Source: Bacteroidota bacterium (lineage in GTDB: Bacteria > Bacteroidota > Bacteroidia > Bacteroidales > NBLH01). Taken from it: DNA of 64,000 nucleotides. This document shows, in pieces, positions 1 through 9,835 of the stretch. Each line of letters starts with the position of its first letter. Within the stretch, counting starts at the first letter, position 1. Position numbers and translations under genes: made by a program. The DNA lies in the NCBI GenBank assembly GCA_039714415.1, contig JBDLJL010000004.1, positions 5,469 through 69,468 of the forward strand, in the 5' to 3' direction. The notes beneath the pieces were generated by a model, which was not told where the DNA came from, did no database searches, and worked only from the letters and a program-made list of their open reading frames with translations.

Positions 1-1835
1 TAGAAACCATTTATGATGAGGTAAGAAATGGGAAATTAATAGTAACAGATGATTTATTGAGTATAACCTTTTCATCCGTTGACCATTTACGTAGCTTATT
101 GGACCCTGATGCACTAAAAGATAAGCAAATCGAAAAAAACCACAATATCCTGTTAGGCCGGGTAGATGAAATTTTAAAAGGTGTTGGAAGTGTTGAATTG
201 ACTGGTGTTGATGACACAAAACTTGATGATGAAAATAAGTTACAAACTGTTTATGTCTATTTTGCACCTAACGAGTCCATAATGGACAATGGGACAAATC
301 CGTTGTACTTAATTGAGGAACTTTGTTCACTTGGAAAAAGTGTGGTGTTCCCCAGAACAAGTAAAATACCAATGATCTCAAAGTTTAATTTTTCAAAGTG
401 TTATACTGCCTGGGAAGTTTTTATAGTAACCTCGTTGAATATTAATAGTATTCAGGATGTTTTTATTTTTGTCGAAGATGAGAGCGAGCTGGAAATTTCA
501 AAAATTGCCGATTTTGATGCCCTTTCAAATGAAAACTTTACGAAAAACATCCATTCTCTTTATAGTGAGAAAAACCATTTTGATCCAACCGTTATAAAAT
601 CATTAGTTGATGAATTGGTTGATGAAAAAAAATCAAAAGTGGTAAATGTTCATGAAAAACTTCAAATATTTACTAAGGAGAATGTAATTTCAAGCATCAG
701 GGTCTCATCTGATAAAATAGACCAGTTAATGAACCTGGTATCTGAATTAGTAACAACTCAAGCCAGCCTGAGTCTTTATGTTGAGGAAAACCAGGTATAT
801 GCTTTAAATCAACTATCGGAAAACATTGAAAATATTACACGCCAATTGCGTGATACTGCATTTAGTATTTCACTAATCCCTATTGAAACTATGCTAACCC
901 GGTTTCATAGATTAATAAGGGACTTATCTTCTGAATTTAATAAAAATATTGAATTTATTACAGAAGGTGCTGAAACTGAACTTGATAAAACACTGATACA
1001 AGGCCTTACTGATCCATTAATGCATATCATTAGAAATAGTGTTGACCATGGAATTGAACCGGAAGCAGAACGTATTGAAAAAGGGAAAACCCCGCAAGGG
1101 ATGATTTATTTTAAAGCATTTTATTCTGGTGCAAGTGTAGTCATAAAAATTCAGGATGATGGTAGGGGAATTGATATTAAAAAAGTTAGACAAAAAGCCA
1201 TTGATAAAGAACTGATAACACCTGAAGCGAAATATTCTAACAAAGAAATTTTAGACTTAGTTTTTATTCCAGGGTTTTCAACAGCACAGAATATTACTGA
1301 TGTTTCAGGCCGTGGAGTGGGGATGGATGTCGTTAAAAGGAAAATTGATGAAATCAGGGGAACCGTTGATATTGAATCAAAGGAAAATATTGGGACTACT
1401 ATTACCATAAAACTGCCTCTTACTTTATCAATTATTGATGGTTTGCTTGTAGAAATTGGCGATACTAAATACGTAATGCCTCTGAATCTTGTGGATAAAA
1501 TATATGCATATGAACACAAGGAGTTCGATGATGCTTTTAACAATATTATAGTTGTTGATGGTGAGCAGATTCCTTTCTATTATCTGAGGGGCGAATTTGA
1601 AATTCCCGGTGACCCATTAAGTGTGGAACAGCTTGTTCTTGTTAAATACGAAGAAAAAAGGATAGGCTTGGTAGTCGATAGTGTAGTTGGTGAATATCAG
1701 GCAGTTTTAAAACCTTTAGGAAAACTTTATAAGAACCATGAAATAATCTCCGGGGCTACTATACTGGGCGATGGAACTATTGCTTTGGTGCTTGATACAA
1801 ACAAAATTATTCATGAATTTTCGTTTAAAAACTAG
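1..1835 (+). CDS. cheA: Chemotaxis histidine kinase CheA, 5' end cut by window edge
   Basis: The frame (codons phased from nt 3) is open to the window edge. The upstream residues ETIYDEVRNGKLIVTDDLL look like the end of an Hpt domain. HATPase motifs: DPLMHIIRNSVDHGIE, QDDGRGID, GRGVGMDVV. C-terminal CheW-like domain (GDTKYVMPLNLVDKI ... ILGDGTIALVLD). Confidence 0.93.
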   Translation, partial: ETIYDEVRNGKLIVTDDLLSITFSSVDHLRSLLDPDALKDKQIEKNHNILLGRVDEILKGVGSVELTGVDDTKLDDENKLQTVYVYFAPNESIMDNGTNPLYLIEELCSLGKSVVFPRTSKIPMISKFNFSKCYTAWEVFIVTSLNINSIQDVFIFVEDESELEISKIADFDALSNENFTKNIHSLYSEKNHFDPTVIKSLVDELVDEKKSKVVNVHEKLQIFTKENVISSIRVSSDKIDQLMNLVSELVTTQASLSLYVEENQVYALNQLSENIENITRQLRDTAFSISLIPIETMLTRFHRLIRDLSSEFNKNIEFITEGAETELDKTLIQGLTDPLMHIIRNSVDHGIEPEAERIEKGKTPQGMIYFKAFYSGASVVIKIQDDGRGIDIKKVRQKAIDKELITPEAKYSNKEILDLVFIPGFSTAQNITDVSGRGVGMDVVKRKIDEIRGTVDIESKENIGTTITIKLPLTLSIIDGLLVEIGDTKYVMPLNLVDKIYAYEHKEFDDAFNNIIVVDGEQIPFYYLRGEFEIPGDPLSVEQLVLVKYEEKRIGLVVDSVVGEYQAVLKPLGKLYKNHEIISGATILGDGTIALVLDTNKIIHEFSFKN

Positions 1836-1843
1836 TTATAGTT

Positions 1844-2341
1844 ATGATCAATGAAGAAATTTTACAAACAACAAACTCATATTTAACTTTTCAATTGGGC
1901 GATGAGCGCTTTGCCGTGCATGTTAGCAAGTTGCTTAATATCCTTGAGCTAATCCCAATTACAAAAGTTCCAAAATCGCAAGAATTTTTAAAGGGAGTTA
2001 TTAACCTTAGAGGAAGTGTTCTTGGGGTTATAGATATAAAAATGAAGTTTGATTTCCCTGTAATTGATTACACAAAGGAGACTTGTATTTTGGTTTTGCA
2101 AGTATTAATGGATGAAGATATAACAGAAGTTGGGGCTATTGTTGACTCTGTTCACGATGTTATTGAAATTGATGAAAAAGAAATTTTACCACCGTTAAGT
2201 GTAGGCATAAAGTTTAAATCGGAATTTGTAACAGGTGTTATCAAATTTAATGACAAATTTATTATGGTCCTTGATATAGATAAGATATTTTCAGTTGACC
2301 AAATAAAAGGGATTCTTGATGATATTATTTCAGAGGCATAG
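1844..2341 (+). CDS. cheW: Chemotaxis coupling protein CheW
   Basis: A CheW-like domain spans the whole ORF (YLTFQLGDERFAVHVSKLLNILE, LKGVINLRGSVLGVIDIK). It starts 8 nt after cheA. Confidence 0.9.
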   Translation: MINEEILQTTNSYLTFQLGDERFAVHVSKLLNILELIPITKVPKSQEFLKGVINLRGSVLGVIDIKMKFDFPVIDYTKETCILVLQVLMDEDITEVGAIVDSVHDVIEIDEKEILPPLSVGIKFKSEFVTGVIKFNDKFIMVLDIDKIFSVDQIKGILDDIISEA

Positions 2342-2588
2342 ATAGTAATTTGTAAAATAAAAATCTTAAACTTGTTACCTATCGTATTATTATCTTCGAT
2401 TTAAACCCTTTTATTAAACGATATTAGGAAAGGCATTCATAATATGCACTACCTCATAAGTTAAATTTATTCGATTGCACTTAAAGCAGTTGACAAAACT
2501 ATTTCAATGTTAAATTAATAAACTCTGAAACTTGTCCCAAGAATAGAGGGGGGGAGGTCTGACAATAATCTGTGATAAAAAAATGTAG

Positions 2589-4640
2589 ATGAAAAAAACG
2601 GGTTCAATAAAAAAGAAATTAATGCTCATAATCAGTTTGGGGATTTTTATTCCTATGATTATTATAATGATAATTTCGGCTTTAAAATTTGAGGAATATT
2701 CTTTAGACATTGCAAAAGGTGATGCCATTGCTCATGCTAATGAGTACGGAAATGATATTAAACAAAAGCTAAATGAGATTTTTATTGCAGTCAATACAAT
2801 AGCAGATGTGTACAACGCTAATATTAATGAAGATGGTACTGTTGGTTTTTCCGTAGAAAAAATTCATGGAATGCAAAAAGAATTTCTTCAGACAAATAGT
2901 CATGCACTATTGGTTTATACTAATTTTTTGCCCCAAAAAGTTATCATCCCAACAGGTCAATTAAATGAAAATATTATTTTGATAGGTGGTGTAAATAATA
3001 AAGGTAGGTTTTCTGTTTCGGATTTTTGGGACTATGAATTTAAGTCAGATGTTATAGGCAATCTAAAAGCCAATAGTGGTACCTTTCTAATAGATCCATA
3101 TGAAGATGAGGTTGAAGGAAATAAAGTTTTAATGATTTCATATCTTAAGGAAATTAAAAATAAAGATAAAATTATTGGTTTTGTAGGAGTTGATTTGGCA
3201 GTAGGTTGGATACATGAATTTATTGAAAAGGCAAATTTATTTGATGGATTAGCTGATATTTGTATTGTTTCTACAAATGGTATTATTGTCGGCAATAACA
3301 AAAGAAAGGAACTGGTTGGTACCAGTGTGCTGGATTTAAAAGATTGTTCCGATACCGAAAAATCATTTTTCAGTTCTTCAGAACAGCAAATAATTTATGA
3401 AGATGAATTATTTAAATTTTTTATACCTATAAAATTTAGTATGAAAGGTCAACTTTGGCATGTTAGGATAAGTGTTCCTCAGAAGGCTATTATGAAGGAT
3501 TCGATGACTAATTTGGTATTCAGGATACTGTTTGCATTAACACTTGTTTTTATAACTCTTTCAGTATCAATTTTTTATTTGAACAAAATAATTAAAAGAA
3601 TAATCAGTCTGTCGGATGTTGCTGAGCAAGTAAGTGCAGGTTCTTTTGATGTTGAGTTTAGGGTTGGTGGAAATGATGAAATCAGAACACTGGCAGATTC
3701 ACTTCAAAACATGATTGATAAGTTCAGGAACGTAATTGTTAATATAAAAAAAACAACTGACCAGTTGTATAAATCAGGAGGTGATTTATCTAACGTAGCA
3801 ATAAAACTTTCTGAAGGATCTTCAGAACAAGCATCATCTACTGAAGAAGTATCAGCATCTATGGAAGAAATGACCGCGAATATTGAGCAAAATGCTGAAA
3901 ATGCAAAAGCTGCAGATTCTATTGCAAGAAAATCAGCAGAGGAAATAGAAGTTAGTAGTAAAAATGTTATGCAGACAACTAACTCTATGGGAGAAATTGC
4001 TAATAAAACTTCTATTATTGGTGATATTGCTTTTCAAACAAATATTCTGGCATTAAATGCTGCTGTTGAAGCAGCAAGGGCAGGAATTCACGGTAAAGGT
4101 TTTGGTGTCGTTGCTACTGAGGTTGGTAAATTGGCTGAGAGTTCGAAAAACGCTGCTTCAGAAATTGATGAACTAACAAATAAGAGCTTTGGAATTGCTA
4201 AAAAATCAGGAGAACTTCTCGAACAAATTGCGCCAAACATTAATAAAACTGCTCAACTTGTTCAGGAAATTACAAATGCAAGTCTGGAACAAAAAGCCGG
4301 TACAGAACAGATTAATAATGCTATTCAACAATTAAATACGGTAACACAAGAAAATGCAGGTAGTGCTGAATTACTGGCGACTAATGTGGAAGCTCTTAGT
4401 GCTTTAGCTGATAAACTAAACAAACTTGTAGATTTCTTTAAAATAAATAAAACATCTACCATAAAAAAAGGGTTCGCTAAAGTTGATGAATTTGTACCTG
4501 AAAAGAAAAAGAAAGTAATAGAAAATAAAGTTGTAGAAAATAAAGTTGTAGAAAAACCTCATTTAAAAAATGATATTAAAGGGTTTGCTTATAATCTTGA
4601 TACGGATAGTAAAAAAGATGATGAATTTGAAAAATTTTAA
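2589..4640 (+). CDS. Methyl-accepting chemotaxis protein (TM - Cache-like periplasmic region - TM - HAMP - MA domain)
   Basis: N-terminal TM, second [25 protein letters not shown], and the invariant signalling hairpin [40 protein letters not shown]. The C-terminal tail is low-complexity and ends in EFEKF. Confidence 0.92.
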   Translation: MKKTGSIKKKLMLIISLGIFIPMIIIMIISALKFEEYSLDIAKGDAIAHANEYGNDIKQKLNEIFIAVNTIADVYNANINEDGTVGFSVEKIHGMQKEFLQTNSHALLVYTNFLPQKVIIPTGQLNENIILIGGVNNKGRFSVSDFWDYEFKSDVIGNLKANSGTFLIDPYEDEVEGNKVLMISYLKEIKNKDKIIGFVGVDLAVGWIHEFIEKANLFDGLADICIVSTNGIIVGNNKRKELVGTSVLDLKDCSDTEKSFFSSSEQQIIYEDELFKFFIPIKFSMKGQLWHVRISVPQKAIMKDSMTNLVFRILFALTLVFITLSVSIFYLNKIIKRIISLSDVAEQVSAGSFDVEFRVGGNDEIRTLADSLQNMIDKFRNVIVNIKKTTDQLYKSGGDLSNVAIKLSEGSSEQASSTEEVSASMEEMTANIEQNAENAKAADSIARKSAEEIEVSSKNVMQTTNSMGEIANKTSIIGDIAFQTNILALNAAVEAARAGIHGKGFGVVATEVGKLAESSKNAASEIDELTNKSFGIAKKSGELLEQIAPNINKTAQLVQEITNASLEQKAGTEQINNAIQQLNTVTQENAGSAELLATNVEALSALADKLNKLVDFFKINKTSTIKKGFAKVDEFVPEKKKKVIENKVVENKVVEKPHLKNDIKGFAYNLDTDSKKDDEFEKF

Positions 4641-5494
4641 TGAGTATGGAGGAATTAGATCTACAAAGAATTTTTGCGGCTAAGTTGACTGATAAAGAAT
4701 TTGATAAACTTAGTAATTTTATTTATACCAGGTATGGCATAAAAATGCCACCTGCAAAAAAGATAATGTTGCAAAGTAGGTTACAAAAAAGATTACGGGC
4801 TTTAAAAATTTATACTTTTTCGGAATATATTGATTTTGTTTTTAGCAAACAAGGTGATGAAGAAGTTGTTCACATGATGGATGTTGTTTCTACAAATAAA
4901 ACGGATTTTTATAGAGAACCTGCACATTTTGATTTTCTTAAGCAAAATGTACTTCCAAAATATATTGAAAATAACAACAGGACTATAAAACTCTGGAGTG
5001 CTGGATGTTCAAGTGGCCCTGAAGTTTATACTTTAGCTATTGTCCTTAGCGAATATTTTGAAGCTCACCCAGGTTTTGATTTTAGTATTTTTGGAACGGA
5101 TATCTCAACCAAGGTTTTAAAATTGGCACATAATGCTATTTATAAGGAAGAAGCAGTAGCCATGATTCCATTGGAAATTAAAAGAAAGTATTTATTAAAA
5201 AGTAAAGAAAGAACGAAAAAGGAGGTGCGGGTTAATGCTAAATTAAGAAAAAAAACAAGCTATCAGCGTTTGAACTTTATGGATGACATATACAACATTC
5301 ATGAGCAATTTGATATTATTTTTTGTCGGAATGTTTTAATTTATTTCGATAGGGAGACACAGGAACAAGTAATAAATAAACTATGCAGGCACCTGAAACC
5401 GGGGGGGTATTTTTTTCTAGGGCATTCAGAATCGGTCACAAATATAGATGTTCCCCTTAATCAAGTTAAACCAACAATATTTACCCGAAAATAA
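4640..5494 (+). CDS. cheR: Chemotaxis protein methyltransferase CheR
   Basis: The ATG overlaps the mcp TAA by 1 nt. Motifs: FYREPAHFDFL, SAM-binding IKLWSAGCSSGPEVYTLAI, FCRNVLIYFD. Confidence 0.92.
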   Translation: MSMEELDLQRIFAAKLTDKEFDKLSNFIYTRYGIKMPPAKKIMLQSRLQKRLRALKIYTFSEYIDFVFSKQGDEEVVHMMDVVSTNKTDFYREPAHFDFLKQNVLPKYIENNNRTIKLWSAGCSSGPEVYTLAIVLSEYFEAHPGFDFSIFGTDISTKVLKLAHNAIYKEEAVAMIPLEIKRKYLLKSKERTKKEVRVNAKLRKKTSYQRLNFMDDIYNIHEQFDIIFCRNVLIYFDRETQEQVINKLCRHLKPGGYFFLGHSESVTNIDVPLNQVKPTIFTRK

Positions 5495-5517
5495 CTGTAT
5501 TTGATTAAAAATTATAC

Positions 5518-6417
5518 ATGATGAGCAATATAAAAATAACTGATGAATTATTGATTGATGAACTCAAAATGCGGTTTCAGGAGAAAAAAAGATCAGTAAA
5601 AAAACTAGAAAAGCTTACATCGGAATTAAAGGAAGTTAATAAAAAATTAGCTGAGTCTGAGGCCTTAAAAAGTCATTTTATTTCTAATATAACTAATGAA
5701 ATAGTTAATCCGTTTACTTCAATTGTTATTTTATCAAAAAATATTTTATCTATAAAAAAAGGTAATTGGGAAAAGGTTATGAAAATGGCCGACCTGATTT
5801 ATTCGGAAGCTTTTAATCTTGATTTTCAGCTGAAAAATATTTTTGCTGCAGCTGAAATTGAGGCTGGCGAATTGTTTGTTGAAGTATCAAATGTAACCGT
5901 TGATTCTTTAATAGAAGCTGTTATGGATTCATTTGTAACTGAAATTCAAAAGAAAAATCTAACATTTGAGTTTATCAAAATTGGACATAAAAAAGATGAG
6001 TTATATTTTAAAACAGATTCTGAAAAACTAAGGCTAATATTGTCAAATTTAGTTGAAAATGCTGTTAAATTTAGCAAAAACAACAAAATTGTCATTAGTA
6101 GGGAAATTAACGAAGGGATTTTAACTATCTCAGTAAAGGATTTTGGTATTGGTATTTCAGATAAAAATCAAAAAATTATTTTTGACAGGTTTAAAAGATT
6201 AGAGACTGGAATAAATTCAATTAATCGAGGGCATGGCTTGGGACTTTCAATTAATAAAGCATTACTTGATTTTTTATATGGTGAAATAAAAATTGAAAGT
6301 AAAAAAAATGTGGGCACCACATTTACAATCACTATACCGGAATCCATACCCGATGCAGAATCCTTTTCTGCTGATGGTAGCGATTATCTTTTTGATAGTG
6401 ATGATGAAATTTTTTAA
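5518..6417 (+). CDS. Sensor-less histidine-kinase-like protein (coiled coil + DHp-like + HATPase_c) with non-canonical H-box
   Basis: N box LSNLVENAVKFS, G1 VKDFGIGI, F box IFDRFKR and G2 GHGLGLSI are intact. The H-box region reads KSHFISNITNEIVNPFTSI, with Asn where the phospho-accepting His is expected. There is no TM or sensor domain. Confidence 0.8.
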   Translation: MMSNIKITDELLIDELKMRFQEKKRSVKKLEKLTSELKEVNKKLAESEALKSHFISNITNEIVNPFTSIVILSKNILSIKKGNWEKVMKMADLIYSEAFNLDFQLKNIFAAAEIEAGELFVEVSNVTVDSLIEAVMDSFVTEIQKKNLTFEFIKIGHKKDELYFKTDSEKLRLILSNLVENAVKFSKNNKIVISREINEGILTISVKDFGIGISDKNQKIIFDRFKRLETGINSINRGHGLGLSINKALLDFLYGEIKIESKKNVGTTFTITIPESIPDAESFSADGSDYLFDSDDEIF

Positions 6418-6428
6418 GCTGGTTGAAG

Positions 6429-8010
<1,582 letters not shown>

Positions 8011-8037
8011 TATGTTTTTGCTTTTATTAAATGTATT

Positions 8038-9297
8038 ATGGAATCAAATCAAACCATAATTTTACCAAAGTTTAAAATGAGTTTGTTTTATCAATTTTTC
8101 TCGTGGTGTTCCGGAGCACGTTTGTATTTGTTGAAAAGTTGTCCAACTGATTATAATAAGTATTTTGGTATTGGTATGATTGTATTTCTAACCGGAATTA
8201 TGGCTTCAATAACCGGTTATTTTGCATTATATACGATTTTTGATTCCTACTGGATTGCTGCTGTATTTGGTGTTTTTTGGGGTATTCTGATTTTTTTTCT
8301 AGATTGGTTTATTGTTGGAAGTTTAAAGAAAGAAGAAAAGTTTATATCCGAGTTCTTGTTTTCTGTTCCCAGGATTATTTTAGCAGTATTATTAGCTGTT
8401 GTTATATCAAAACCTTTGGAACTTAAGCTATTTGAAAAAGAAATAAATGCCGTTTTGGTTAATGTCAAATCGGAATCTTCAATAAAATACAACAAGTTGG
8501 TTGATAAAGAATTTGATCAAATTAGAACTCTTAAAACAGAAAATGACAATTTGAGGAAAGAAATTAAGAACAAAGAATTGCAAAGAAACTTGCTTTTTGA
8601 TATGATTATAAAAGAAGCTGAAGGAAGAAGCCCAACTGGAATAATAGGAAAAGGCCCAGTGTATCGTGAAAAAAAAGCTGAATTTGACAGATTAAATAAC
8701 AACCTTGACATCTTAAAAAAGAATAATGCAGAGCTAATCAAATTAAATTTACAAAAAATTGAAGAACTTAATGTTCAAAAAAATGATAGGATAGATAAAA
8801 GTAGTAAGGATATTCAGAAGGCGGATGGTTTGTTGGCTAGATTAGAGGCTATGTCAATATTAAAGGAAAAAAACAATACGGTTAATATAGCTTCCTGGTT
8901 TATTTTTATTCTTTTTGTTTTAATTGAGGCAGCTCCTATATTGGTAAAGCTTCTTTCAAGGCGTGGACCTTATGACGAGTTAATCGATAAAGAAGAATAT
9001 GAAAAACAAATAGAATATAAAAAACAAAAAATTAAGGCGAAAGTTCTGGCAAATAACTATTTGGAATTACTTAAACAGAAAGATGAACTACAAATAGAAG
9101 CTGAGAAAAGAAATAATGAAAATTTGGTAAAGCACATTGAAGAGGCGAAAGAAGATATTAATAAAAAATTTGTAGAAAAATGGAAAGAGAAGGAATTAGA
9201 AAATGTAAATTATGATATAATTGAAGATGATTTACAAGCGGATAATTTCACTGAAACAAATAAGAATGAGGATTCTACACAAAAAGATAAAATGTAG
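8038..9297 (+). CDS. DUF4407-like polytopic membrane protein with long coiled-coil segments
   Basis: The N-terminus (FFSWCSGARLYLLKSCPTDYNKYFGIGMIVFLTG) and three TM helices resemble DUF4407 as I remember it. These are followed by about 170 aa of Lys/Glu-rich heptad-like sequence, a fourth TM (WFIFILFVLIEAAPILV) and another charged tail. Confidence 0.65.
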   Translation: MESNQTIILPKFKMSLFYQFFSWCSGARLYLLKSCPTDYNKYFGIGMIVFLTGIMASITGYFALYTIFDSYWIAAVFGVFWGILIFFLDWFIVGSLKKEEKFISEFLFSVPRIILAVLLAVVISKPLELKLFEKEINAVLVNVKSESSIKYNKLVDKEFDQIRTLKTENDNLRKEIKNKELQRNLLFDMIIKEAEGRSPTGIIGKGPVYREKKAEFDRLNNNLDILKKNNAELIKLNLQKIEELNVQKNDRIDKSSKDIQKADGLLARLEAMSILKEKNNTVNIASWFIFILFVLIEAAPILVKLLSRRGPYDELIDKEEYEKQIEYKKQKIKAKVLANNYLELLKQKDELQIEAEKRNNENLVKHIEEAKEDINKKFVEKWKEKELENVNYDIIEDDLQADNFTETNKNEDSTQKDKM

Positions 9298-9316
9298 CTT
9301 GAACAAATAGTAAGTT

Positions 9317-9685
9317 ATGACAAAAAAAATACTTATTGTTGACGATATATTTTCAAACAGATTATTACTAAGCTCAACTCTCGAGAGTATTGGTATTGAT
9401 TCTGAGACTGTTGAAAATGGACAAATAGCTATTGAATCTTTACAAACAAATGATTTTGGGATGGTTCTATTGGATATTGAAATGCCAGTAATGAATGGTA
9501 TTGAGACAGCAAAGTATATTCGTGAAAAGATGTCGGATGTTTATAGTAAACTGCCAATTATAGCTCTTACCGCTCATAATCCGGATGAATATGGTGATCG
9601 TATTAACAAAGCGGGCTTTAACGAAATAATGACAAAACCTTATTCCGTTGAAAAACTTGGCAATATTATTGAAAAGTATATATAA
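9317..9685 (+). CDS. Stand-alone CheY-like response regulator receiver
   Basis: ILIVDD, phospho-acceptor context LLDIEMPVMNG, ALTAH and TKPY. There is no output domain. It starts 19 nt after the DUF4407 gene. Confidence 0.88.
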   Translation: MTKKILIVDDIFSNRLLLSSTLESIGIDSETVENGQIAIESLQTNDFGMVLLDIEMPVMNGIETAKYIREKMSDVYSKLPIIALTAHNPDEYGDRINKAGFNEIMTKPYSVEKLGNIIEKYI

Positions 9686-9835
9686 TTATAGGTAAATTAT
9701 TTATGAAAAAATTTCATGTAAAGTTTGCATTTAATTTTTTTTTATAAATTTTGCTGAATTGTACAGTATTTGTAAATTAATCCATATTTAAATGGATATA
9801 AATGGTCAAAACAACCATTAATTAAAGATTCTAGC

